Shown: positions 1 to 11,593, counted from the first letter of the stretch. The stretch is DNA of 49,143 nucleotides from Basidiobolus meristosporus CBS 931.73 (GCA_002104905.1 MCFE01000657.1:1-49143); one strand, 5' to 3'. Made by a program: numbers and translations. Notes: generated from the sequence alone by a model not told the origin.

Positions 1-2506
1 ACTCAGATCTGTGTGGACCTATGCAAAATTTATTCTTAGGCAGGATAAGGTATTTTACCACTTTTACTGATGATTGTACAAGATACACATGGGTCTACTT
101 CATGGAGAGAAAGGAAGAAGCTCTGTCTAGGTTAAGGAAGCTTAAAGCTATGGTGGAAAGAGAAACTGGTGAAAAAATCAAGAAAATACACTCTGACCAT
201 GGTGGAGAATATACCTCAAAGCTCTTCATCCACTTCTGCAAAGTTCTTAGGATAAAGCAAAAGACTACTGTATCATACTCCCCACAGCAAAATGGAGTAG
301 CAGAATGTGCAAACAGATCAATAATTGACATGGCAAGATCAATGATCCATGATCAATAATTATTCTATGATTTTTGGGCGGAATCAGTTGCTGCAGCTGT
401 ATATCTTAAAAGTAGGGGTTATAACAGAGTACTTTGTGGTTTTACTCAATTTGAAGCATGGTATGGATACAGACCAAGTGCAGAGCATCTAAGAATATTT
501 GGGTGTACAGCATATGCCAAGAAACTGCCCAGAAATCAGTCAAAATTTGACCCAGAAAGTGTAAATGCATATTTTTGGGCTACTGCACTGAGAGTAAGGC
601 ATATAAGCTCTATAATACCAAAGCAAAGGAGCTGATCAATTTCAGGGATGTGTTGTTTGATGAAAATTCAATATTTTCACAAAAAATGATATCAGATGAT
701 GACAAATATTTGACCTCAAGTCCAGCAATATTCTGGATTGAATCAGAGCAAAATAATGAAGACTTTTTCCCTCCAGAGAACTCTACAACCGTTGTTCAGC
801 CTGAAGCAGTGCCCAGGAATAGCCCAGAAGTGATTGTTCCAGTATCAAATGCCAGGAGATCCAACTAGACAAGAAATAGCCCAAATTACTATATCAATGA
901 GGGTACAAACTTAGCCTATGCCTAGTCAGTCCATATTGACAAATCCCAGACTTTAAAAGAGGGCCTAAATAACCCTCAGACAAAGTTTTGGAGATCTGCA
1001 AAGACTGAGGAATATCAGGCACTGATAGAAAATCAAACTTGGGACTTGGTCAAATTACCAATCACCAAAATCAATTGTATGCAGATGGGTCTTTAAAACA
1101 AAATACAAGGCTGATGGTTCAATTGAAAGATACAAAGCAAGACTTGTAGCCAAAGGATATTCTCAAACAAAAGGACTTGACTATATTGAGACCTTTGCAC
1201 CAGTAGCCAAGTTTAATTACATCAGATTGATGTTGGCTATTGCAGCCAAATACAAGTTTTTTATACATCAGATGGATGTAAAAACTGCATTTTGAATGGA
1301 GAACCTGATGAGAATGTGTATATGGACCAGCCTGATGGGTTTGCTGACCAAGATAACCCCCATTTGGTCTGCAAGCTCAAAAAATATTGATATGGTCTCA
1401 AATAATCACCCAGAGCCTGGAATTGCAAGAAAGATTCTTATTTGAATCTTTGAGCTTCAAAAGGAGTAATGCTGACCATTGTATATACTATAAGCCAGAT
1501 AGAGCAAGTCAAGCTCTATTAGCTCTATATATTGAGGATCTTATTATAGCTGCCAATAACTTAGAAACATTGGAACAGACTAAATCCAGTCTATCTAACA
1601 AGCTCAAGATGTCCAATTTAGGAAAACTCAGTTACTACTAAGGGATAAAGTTCTCCATAGACAGAAGTACCCAGACTATCACCTTAAGTCAATCCAAGTA
1701 CATTCAAGATATATTAAAGAAGTACTAAATGGAAGACTGCAAACCTGCAGCTACCTCAATGGAGACAAACCTCAACTTGCTCAAAACTCAACCAAATCAA
1801 GAGAGCTTAGCACCATCTGAAAGCCCTGATTTCCCTTATCAATCTATAATTGGCAGTCTTATGTATATTATGCTTGGAACATGTTCAGATATCTCATATT
1901 CAGTGGGAGTTATCAGCCAGTATAATCAGAACTATGGATCTGATCATATTGCAGCAGTTAAGCAGATTTTAGATACCTAAAAGGAACTGCTGATATCTGC
2001 GTAAGATACACTTATAAGCATTAGGAACAGGATCTTATGGGATACTCTGATGCTGATTGGGGACAAAATTTTGAAGACAGAAGATCCACCACTGGATACT
2101 CCTTTCTAACTGTAAAGGAGCAATTTCATGGAATTCAAGAAAGCAATCAACTGTAGCACTTTCCACCACAGAGGCAGAGTATATGGCAGCATGTGAAGCT
2201 AAAAAAGAAGCAATGTGGTCAAGAAAGCTCTTTACAGACTTAGGCCTATGTCAAAAAACACTTTTACTTTATTTCAAGATGATCAAGGATATATACATTA
2301 GGTAGAAATCCAAGTTTTCATGCTAGAACTAAGCACATAGATGTTAGACATCACTTCAAATGTGAAGCTATAGAGAATGACTTAGTTAGCCTAATTTGCT
2401 GTCCTTCTGATGAAATGATTGCAGACATATTCACCAAACCATTAGCTAGAGACAAGTATGAATATCTTAGGTCAAAATTAGGACTAGTCAGTATAAAAGT
2501 TTAGCT

Positions 2507-2515
2507 GAGTGGGAG
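2507..2515 (+). other. Polypurine tract of copia A1
   Basis: GAGTGGGAG immediately before the TGTTG LTR start; the same tract precedes the LTR of copy A3 (44404-44412, minus). Confidence 0.85.
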
Positions 2516-2859
2516 TGTTGTGAAGAGTTTGTAGTTCCACCTAAATATTCACCTAACTTAGTCACTTAGATCATTACTTTCAAATCCTAGAGATTACTGA
2601 CCAAATTCCTTGTTGGGACTTAGAATATTTTCATCAAAATACCAGGTACCCAGAACATGAAAATTCCTAAAGTTTCCAAACAGCCCAAACTTTGCGCACA
2701 TGCTCTTGGGACCTTCCTTAACCTATTTTATGTGTTGGTCATGGAAAGACCATGTAAAAGTATAAATACCACTTTTACATTCAGTAAATCATCAAGTGAA
2801 AACCACACAATCTACTTGTTCTCCCAATCACTTCCAATATCTCCAAGACTCTTACAGCA
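2516..2859 (+). repeat. 3' LTR of copia A1 (344 bp)
   Basis: TGTTG...ACAGCA ends, internal TATAAATA; homologous to 44054-44403, 13740-13943, 27776-28005 and 41429-41557. Confidence 0.9.
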
Positions 2860-3935
2860 TAAAGTTCTGCTTAATTGCTGCATTATAAACAGACCTGTAG
2901 TTCTGATTATGCTGGCTGACAGCTCTCACTACATATGCAATATCTGGACATGTACCAAGCATGATATATGTCAGACTGCCAGCCAAAGATTGGTAACAAA
3001 AGTCAGGGCTTTCAGATGGCAGTAAGCTCTCTTCATTTGGCTGAGCTTTGATCACATTGAGGTTGGTCTCCTTTGGGGTAGCAACCAGTTTACAATCTTC
3101 CATTTGGTACTTGTTAGGAATATATTGAATATGCAAGGATTGACTCAGGGTGATAGTCAGGGTCCCTCTGCTTATAGAGAACACTATCACTAAGTAGTAG
3201 CTGAGATCTCCTAGATTGGACATCTTGAACTCCTTTCATAGGCTACATTTAGTCTCTTCCAATGCTACCCAGTTATTGATGGTATAATAAGATCATTCTC
3301 AGAGAGTGCTAATAGAACTGGACTTGCCCTATCATGCTTATTGTACATGCAATAGTTAGCAGTACCTCTGTGGAAACACAAAGATTCCAAATAAGAATAT
3401 ATTATGCAATTTCAGGCACTTGGTCATTGTTGCTGACCTTACAGAGATCTTTTAAGCCTGCAGACCAAATGGGGCCATCTTGGCCAGCAAACCCACCAGA
3501 CTGGTACATTTTCACATCCTCATCAAGTTCTCCATTGAATATTGAAGTATTTTGTCCATATAATAAACAAAAAATATATATGTGGTAGCAATAGCCAATA
3601 TTAGCATGAGCAAACTAAACTTGGCTACTGGTGCAAAGGTCTCATTATAGTCAAGTACTTTTGTATGGGAGTATCCTTTGGCCACAAGTCCTGCAATATA
3701 TCTTTCTATTGTACAATCTGCCTTGTTTTTTGGCTTGAAGACCCATCTGCATCCAAATGATTTTAGGCTGATTGGTAACTTGACCAAGTCCTAAGCTTCA
3801 TTAGCCATCAGGGCCTGATACTCCTCAGTAATTGCAGATCTCCAAAACTTTGTCTGAGGGCTATTTAGCACCCCTGTTACAGTCTGGGATTTGTCAATAT
3901 GGACTGAATAAGCTTGGGCCAAGTTTGTACCCTCA
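2860..3935 (-). pseudogene. pol: Copia family A RT fragment (A2), opposite orientation to A1
   Basis: Minus-strand ORF pieces GCRWVFKPKNKADCTIERYIAGLVAKGYS and MEDCKLVATPKETNL match the A3 RT. Confidence 0.9.
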
Positions 3936-5741
3936 CCCTGTGAGAAATAATATGGTTCCATGGGTGGATCCAATCCATATCAACCATCAGGCTCCTGCAA
4001 TGAGGCCAGCATAATGCTGGCAGCTTGGAACTATTGACCTCTACACAATTGTATGATGTGATTGTTATGGTGTTTTACTGGAATTTAATGCCAAATAAAG
4101 TTAAAAACTTGACAATGTTTAAGCTGCCTACTGACAAGAATCACATGGCATTCTGATGGTCTTCATTAACTCTACATTCATATGAGCTGATCTAACTGGC
4201 CATTACATCCAATTGCCTTATATAGCAGGAAGCTTGACAGTGTTCTGATAGCCTTGTTGTGGACCTCTACTGGCATTATAATGGTAGTACCCTATGAAAA
4301 GTAACTTGGTCTTCCAGGTGGATCCAATCCAGATCAGCATCAGGATCCTGCCAAGATATCATCATAATGCCAGCAGCTTGGAATTAATGACCCTCCACAC
4401 AATCTTATTTCAGGATCACAATAGCATATTGCTATACTTATTGCTAAATAAAGTTAAAAACTTGACTGGGTTTTGGTGGTCTTTTGACAAGAGTTGCATG
4501 GCATTGTGATGGTCTTGATGTGTGTTACATCTCTTTGAGTGGATCTGACCAGCCAGTACATTCAATTGCCTTGTATGGCTAGAAACTTGATGGTGTTTTG
4601 ACAGCCTCATTGCTAGCCACTGATGGTATTTCAGCAGCAGTATGGCAGCCTACAGCTAGTTACAAATAATGACACTGTACCAATTTACCAAACAGTATCA
4701 CCTTTTCTACCTCACCCTGCACCTTTGATACTTCCACTGTAGAATAACCCTCTCTATTTGCTTACCCACTACTACCTTGGGCTTCCCACATACAGCTTGA
4801 ATCAAGAAATACTATGGCCTCCTGCTTACTTATCTCTTTATAAGCACACACCTACCACAATTGACACACTTCTATTACCTCAGCTTTGCAGCTTTCCAGT
4901 GTAATACTTGCAAAGCTGCCACATACCTTGTAATGGTGGTAGCATATACACTTTGCAAAAATATGCTGGGTTGCCACCACTTTTGCCATGAATACCCCTT
5001 GAACATCTGCTAGGAATGTTTTGGTATTTAGCCTATATATTACTTCTCCCTACTGGATTCTAGTTGCCCTTATAGGTGTATGCTGGCTCTTGTTTATGTG
5101 AATTCTGTATGGCATGGTATAGAAACCAACTTGTGACCAAGAGAAGCCCAGCATACTTTGGTAAAGTTGTTCCAATATGAATTAGTTGCTTGTTGCACCC
5201 AACCCAACTTTGCATTACTTAAATGGTTACCCATGCATTGTGACTGCTTAGCTTCTTAATGCTATAGGCATAGGTGTCTCCATATGCACATCTGTCCTCA
5301 GTAGTTTCCAACTCCCTGACTGTCCTCTGTGTGCCAACTCATCATACCATGACAGACTTCAAGGTAATATTCTAGATGAGATTGAGATATGGTACCACCT
5401 GCAACTTGACTTGTCTTGCTATCTCCCCACACATCTGCCCCATAGGAAACTCCCAAAAGGTGAAGCAAGGACCAATATTCCCCACACACCAAGTAAGATG
5501 GAGTAAAGAATGAATACAGTAGCAGCAGAGATCTATACATTTGTCCTTATACTTGTAGTATGGCCACCCATATCAGATCTCAAACCCCACACATAAAAGC
5601 TGTGGAGGCATCAAGTTGGCTTTGATGATCTACTTCCAGATAAATACCCCTGCTCTTGGTAGAAATAGCTTCAGAAGGCCACTTGATTTAATACATATCC
5701 AGTTCATCCAGTCTTTGCATTTGTATAGCTGCATATGCATA
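3936..5741 (-). mobile_element. CACTA-type family D, right-hand portion (D0): transposase C-terminal remnant plus two subterminal blocks
   Basis: Terminal motif CCCTGTGAGAAATAA at 3936 abuts copia sequence; second motif CCCTATGAAAAGTAA at 4290; homology to 13944-15012 and 11150-12302. Confidence 0.75.
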
Positions 5742-5967
5742 CCCTATGAGAAATTACTGCAGTGATCCCATTAAAAGGCCATCACAAAGTTCAAATCCTG
5801 CAACTAAGAGGTACTGATTCTGCCAGGACACTGTCCAGAGACCATTGCAGAATAATTGCACCTCCATATTTCACAAAAAACTTAGTCAAAATTTTTCATC
5901 ACAACATTGTATAAGAGGCTTTTGATTGGTTTCCTGCCAATTTGCTCACTTTCTGATCCTAGACACT

Positions 5968-6178
5968 AGACTTGTTCCATTGTGCCATTGATCATAGTGC
6001 CAGAGAGTGCTGTATATTTTGTTATTAATTTGATATTTTAGGGTCATATGCATGTCAATTTTGATCCCAAATTGGCACTGTATGGCACCATCTGGCACTC
6101 TGTGGCATGATCAGGCACCATCTGGCATGCTATGGCACCATTGGGCACTATGATCTGCTGGAATGATGGAACAAGTCC
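5968..6178. mobile_element. 211-bp MITE (AGAC-MITE1, copy a)
   Basis: 13-bp TIR AGACTTGTTCCAT (last base T>C here), ACT direct repeats at 5965-5967 and 6179-6181; empty homologous site GACACTCTAT at 36741-36750. Confidence 0.9.
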
Positions 6179-6431
6179 ACTCTATCACTTTCTACATTTG
6201 TGTGGATTGATTGGCTATTGCCTCTTTCTTACACTTCTTACTTCCTGACTCAACTGTTCCTCTTACTTTTCATGCATACAAATTGATTTATTTCCATTGA
6301 ACCTTCAGTTGTACCTCAATTGCCAATTGTATTGATCTATACAAGTCCCTATACCCTATGCTAACATTAAGTCCAACCCCACACTCAACAAGTGACTCCA
6401 TTAAAATCCACCACTCAATAAGTAAATCTGC

Positions 6432-8582
6432 CTAAATGCGCTGGTTCCACAACTTTGGCAGGAACCCAACAACTTTATGCCACTGCTCATTCACTGGTTC
6501 CCACATATCCTGGTCTTCAGCCAGCATTGCAAAGCCTAGCAACTCATCTGCCAGTCTTTGCAATAAGTCCTTGCAATATTCAAGTGTGCTTTTGTGGGCA
6601 CTGCTCTTGAAGCAGTGCTGCAACCTCTTGGTGTGCCTATTAATGTTCCAAAATTCCACTGAAGGCATTGTGATAGTCTTTGAGCTCTTGAAATTGCAGC
6701 CTTGTCTGTCAGTGGGATCACCACTCTGTCAACAATGGAGGATATGGAGGCTGTGGTAGACAAGTTGCCTTTTTCTGCAAACTCATCTACCTTGCTGGAG
6801 TGTAGCTCAACTGGCTGTACTTCCAACTTGTGCAAAAACAGCTGTTTTCTTGTTGGTAACTCTTCTTGGCAATGATGGGATTCAGTCTATTCCAGGCTTG
6901 TGGTGTTAATTGGCAAGAACTGCAGTTTTTTGCATGCCTCCCTGTCTCAGGCTTGGGTAGACATTTTTCCCTTTACCTTTTCCTTAATCACTGCCAGGTC
7001 TTTCACTGCTACTTTGTCTGAGTGCTTCTTGTAGTGAATTACGTTTTCTCCTTGATAAAATCTGTTCTGACACATCTGTTTTGGCCTGCTTGTCCCTTGC
7101 TGGCACTCTTCTGGCAACCTAACATTTCTTTTCTGCTTGCTTCAAGCTCTCAACCATAGTTGCAATGGGCCCTGTAGAAGCCGCTAGTTATATCACCGCC
7201 AGGTCCTTCACTGCAACTCTGCCTGAGCACTTCTTGAGCAGTACTACACTTTTTCCTTGATAAGTGTTGTACTGGTACATCTGAGTCTGCCTGATTGTCC
7301 CTAATTGGCCCTCTTCCAGCTATCTGACATCTCTTTGATGCTTGTCTGGAGCTCTTAGCCCTGCTTCTAACAGGCTCTTGAGGAAGCCGCTGGTTTTTAG
7401 CCATGACACCCTTATTCTTCTGCCGTTGATAGTTTCTGCTATTTGTAAGATACTAGACTTGTTCCATCATTCCAGCTGATCATAGTGCCCAATAGTGCCA
7501 TAGCATGCCAGATGGTGCCTGATCATGCCACAGAGTGCCAGATGGAGCCATACAGTGCCAATTTGGGATCAAAATTGACTTGCATATGACCCTAAAGTAT
7601 CAAATTAATAACAAAATATACAGCACTTTCTGGCACTATGATCAATGGCACAATGGAACAAGTCTACTTTCTTAGCATACCAATGCTGGCCCAAAATCTG
7701 TTTGCCCATTTGAATCTAGGATAATGCTCATCAAAAAAGTCAAATGCAATCTGCTTGGCCTTAAGTACCTGATGGTCCCATGGTATGCCAGCCTTAAGGT
7801 GATGGTGTGCTAGACTTCTGACAGCCTCTTGAATATTAGCTCACACTTCATTATTGCACCCAATGGCTTCACAGATCTTCAATGTCTTTTGATTTTTAGG
7901 CTTTGGTATAAGCACCACATTGTCTACTCCCACACTGTGATTGGTTTTTCTGTAGGCATCATCTTTGGGCACTGTTGTTGCGCTTCAAAGACTGTACAGT
8001 GTTCCTCTGTTGTTACATTGGGAAATGGCTTGATTCTTGGCTGTGACATTGAGCTACTTGAGTTCCTTCTTTGCAGCAAAGATACTGCTTTCTGTACCTG
8101 GGATACTGATTGCTCTACATGTATTATCTGCTCATCCTGCTTGTGAGCTATTTCCTGATTTCTATGGGCCATTGCATCTACCCTATCAGCCACTGCACCT
8201 AATTGTTTCATTAATGCTCTGGTATAAGCTGACAACATACTTGCTAATATGGGTGGTGGAGATGTTACAATGGCTACTTGCTGGTCTTCTACAGAGGGCA
8301 CTGCATTTGCTATATTTTCATATGTCTGGGCATAACTGTCAGCTTGTGGCTCTGCAGAGGTTCCCTATTGTCTACTTGACTAAGAGCCTGAAGAGTCCAC
8401 ATTATTACCTTCAGTGGGCACGCTGTTAACATTGCCTTTTTGGATGTAGCCCTGCTTTTTGCACTGAATGTCAAAGCAAGCTGCAGTCCAACCTCTCTTT
8501 TGCTGCTGTCAGAGGTGGGGCTTGGTTGGGAATGAGACAGCTTTACTTGATTTTTGGCAGCATATATATAGAAGTGAGTCAA
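6432..8582 (-). pseudogene. Family-D accessory gene, degenerate, unknown function
   Basis: ORF pieces 8310-8582, 7924-8301, 7150-7404, 6536-6835 and 6432-6668 are colinear with 36966-38946 and 23638-26100. Confidence 0.7.
7455..7665. mobile_element. 211-bp MITE (AGAC-MITE1, copy b), inverted relative to copy a
   Basis: Perfect TIR AGACTTGTTCCAT...ATGGAACAAGTCT, ACT TSD at 7452-7454 and 7666-7668; empty site TAAGATACTTTCTTAGC at about 38022-38038. Confidence 0.92.
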
Positions 8583-8617
8583 ACCAAAGTGGAAATAGTG
8601 TTATGTATACATGTGTA

Positions 8618-8629
8618 TGTGGTGCCACA
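8618..8629. promoter_or_regulatory. Conserved dyad motif TGTGG-TG-CCACA in the divergent intergenic region of family D
   Basis: Identical 12-mer at 8618-8629, 23591-23602 (reverse), 34771-34782 and 38982-38993. A regulatory role is inferred only. Confidence 0.5.
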
Positions 8630-8690
8630 ACTTTATTTATAATGCATACTATGGCAGGTCATCATTGAATTATACATTCATGTAGGGTCA

Positions 8691-11400
8691 ATGTCTCAAA
8701 TATAAGACTGTCTGGAACTCACATGAGTATTGACCAAAAAGTGATATAATATAGTTATGTTGTTGAATGTCAAAATGCTTGCCCAATGCACAAGACTACT
8801 TTGACTCAACACCATAAGAGAAGAGAAGAAAACCATGTGGCTATTGTAGCAAGCCTTGCAGCCATGAAGCATGTAGACAGCATAGGAAGTATTACAGGGA
8901 TTGCAGCCAGTGTTTTGTCACACAAGTCATATTTGACCATTCATTGGTTACTACTGCACCAACATTATCTTGCTGGCCAGTAAATACTTCTATATTGGCA
9001 CCTGGCCATCTTTGTCACCTTGTGCAAACTGAGTCAGATGAGTTTGTGAAGCATTTAGGCTCACCCCAGCCTTCTAAGTATGGCATACAGAGTGATAGTT
9101 CTGACAAAGAAGGTTCACTGATGGATTGTGAGCCTATCTCCCCTAACAACAGTACCACATATGAGCCTAGTGCAATCCCAATATGAAATGGGAAAGCACC
9201 CGTTGTAACAAATGCCAAGAATTCTTTATAGAGCCAAGTGAGCCCAGTAATCCATCTAATGGTGAATGATGTAATGCTGTGGCTAGAGAAGTGGCATGTA
9301 TCCACTAATATCAGTAATGGGGGCTTTGAGGATTTATTACTACATCTTGCCAAAATCATTCTGGGATGCAACTTACCATGTACATGGTACCAATGGACAA
9401 CCATCATGTGGCTGGCAACATATGGTCCAGAGACTGCCCTGATTTCAGCATGTGTTAACAGTTGCATGGCATTCATATCCATAAATGCTACCATTGCAAC
9501 ATGTCCAAATTGTCAGGAATCCAGCACCATTGAGGGAAAACATTATTCACACTCCAGATATATTCCGGTCATACCCTGTCTGAGTAAGCTAATGCAGTGC
9601 AACAAATATTGCAAAGCTATACAGTACTGCACTGAGTATCAATCAAGTACAAAGATATCCAATATATTTGATGGCAAAAATTACAGACAGCTAAGAAGCA
9701 AGGGCTACTTTGAAGGTGTGTATGACCATGCCTTTACCTTAGTACTTGATGAATTCTCATTTAACAAGTACTCTACCAGCAAATCCTGCTGGCCTCTGAT
9801 TCTCATCAACCTGAGTCTGCTGCCTATCTTATGGTATTAGAGTAGAAATTTGATGGTAGTCTTACTGGTCTCTGGGCCTAAATCTCCATTCATCCTGGAT
9901 AGCTACCTGTACGCATTGCTGGATGAGCCTAGTATGCCTTCTAGCAGGACAACAGTAAATGTCCATCATGCTAAAGCTCCTGTTATTATGTACATTCAAG
10001 ATACCCAAGCTATCAGCAAGATAGCTGGCTTTTTTATGCACAATGGACAGTATTGCTGATAAATGTTTGCAATCCAGGGGATCTGCTCCATAACTCACTA
10101 GCATTATTATTACCCAAGTGCCAACACTAAGAACATCATTTTCCTGCAGAGAGAACAAACAGGAGTCAGCAATCAATTGTAGCAAAGTTGGCAAGCTGTG
10201 ATCCATTGCACCAAATATGGTACTAGTTGGAAGCCAGAGATACTTAAGATAGTGGGTATTTGTTGTAGCAAAAACTTTCCACTGCAAGCAACACATTTGC
10301 TTTTCAACAATATCCATATACTTATGACCTCATTGTACATGGGGGTCTTCAGCTAGATGCACCCTTTTAGATCCCAAAGAAGTTTGAAAGAATTGGATAT
10401 ATGTTATAGAGTATCCACTGCCCAAAGCACTTCTTGCAGGATCCAATCAATATTCATATGCATATGTTACAATACCAATGGAAGGCCTGGATGAACTGAA
10501 TATATATTTATTCAAGTGGCCTATGCAACCACTTCTACTAAGAGTACATTGGAAGCATTGGAAGTTATGCATAGAAATTGGAGGAATATTTATCCAGAAG
10601 CAGATCACCAATGCCAGCTTGACATGAAGCCATTTCTACCAAGACTACATTGGAAGCTTGGGAAAAATATGTGGAAGTTGTAGGAATATTGATCCAGAAG
10701 TGGATCACCAATGTCAACTTAATGCATCTACAGCTTTTATGCTGAGATTTCCAAACCTTCACACGAAGGATACTTTTTAACATTAAAGTCTCTTTGTGGA
10801 AGACCTGTTCGGAGATTGTTTGAGTATGAATACGACATATTTGCAGAATAAAAGCAAAACTTATCACCAATAACTCGAATACCAATAGGTTTTGTTGGGC
10901 AGAAGTCTTCTGATATACTATAATTCCATTGCATGGCAGCAATCATACACGCTACTAGTTGGACTTCTCCTTTTTTATATTTTGTGGATTGTTTGTGTTT
11001 ATGTTTGTTTAAAAGCCATATAATTTCGGTTCCTCTTTTTCCTTCTCGGTTTGCATGTGCGGCAAATGTTGTATCTTTAATTTCTATTGTTAAATTACAT
11101 GGTTGCATAGTCAAATTTTCACCATCGTCGAATCCCATTTCGTTGTGCTATGCCACAAGTATAGAGCCAAGCATGTAGATCTCCACCTCTGCTGTAACCA
11201 TTCTCTACTCCAGCTTGCTTGGTGTGTGGAGTATATTGGACCTTGCTTCCCCTTCTGAGAGTTTCTATGGAGCAGATGCATTGGGAGATAGGAAGATATG
11301 TGAGCTTGCAGGTACTACCATACTCCAATCTCATCAAGAGTATATCCTTCAAGGCCATCATGGTTGTGATGAGCTAACAAATGATGGATAGCTAGGGTGA
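8691..11400 (+). pseudogene. CACTA Tnp2/Transposase_21-like transposase of D1, degenerate and interrupted
   Basis: Motifs ACVNSCMAF..CPNC, IFDGKNY, FTLVLDEF, SCWPLILINL, ISKIAGF..HNG.Y are typical of the En/Spm TnpD family as recalled; no HMM was run. 3' end approximate. Confidence 0.85.
10737..11138 (-). pseudogene. Foreign coding fragment (133 aa) embedded in the D1 transposase; possibly a PD-(D/E)XK-like nuclease domain fragment
   Basis: Stop-free ORF absent from all other D copies; CpG-rich (about 11 CpG in 410 bp) against CpG-poor flanks; IEIK...QLVACMIAAMQ pattern. Family assignment is by-eye inference. Confidence 0.55.
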
Positions 11401-11593
11401 GTTGGAGAATACTGAGTATAGATTTATACATGGAAACACCTATGTCTTTGGCATTAGGAACATAAGCAACCTCATAATTGAATAGAAACTCAATAGCCCC
11501 AAGCTGCTGGCATTATTATGGCCTCATGGGGAATCCTGATGGCTGATCCAGATTGGATCAACCTGCTGTACCAAATTATTTTTCATAGGGTAG

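Larger units (their letters stand above)
1..2859 (+). mobile_element. Ty1/copia family A, degenerate copy A1 (integrase-RT-RNase H, PPT, 3' LTR); 5' part lies outside the window
   Basis: Broken ORFs carry copia motifs ([35 protein letters not shown]). Colinear with the better-preserved copy at 44054-49143. Many stops and frameshifts. Confidence 0.95.
5742..11590 (+). mobile_element. CACTA/En-Spm-type element D1 (possibly chimeric): left TIR, accessory gene (minus), transposase (plus), right TIR
   Basis: CCCTATGAGAAATTA at 5742 and TTATTTTTCATAGGG ending at 11590; Tnp2-like motifs inside. The flanking trinucleotides (ATA vs TAG) do not match, so the two ends may come from different copies. 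Confidence 0.75.

Noticed and set aside
5961-5982. CACTAGAC as a CACTA terminus for MITE1
   Set aside because: Copy b and the empty sites show that ACT is the target duplication and the element starts at AGAC.
6071-6150. Decamer array as a mini-CRISPR or a coding repeat
   Set aside because: No unique spacers and no ORF; it sits inside a TIR/TSD-bounded MITE.
5739-11593. D1 as a single clean insertion with a TSD
   Set aside because: The flanks ATA and TAG do not match, so the ends may belong to different copies.
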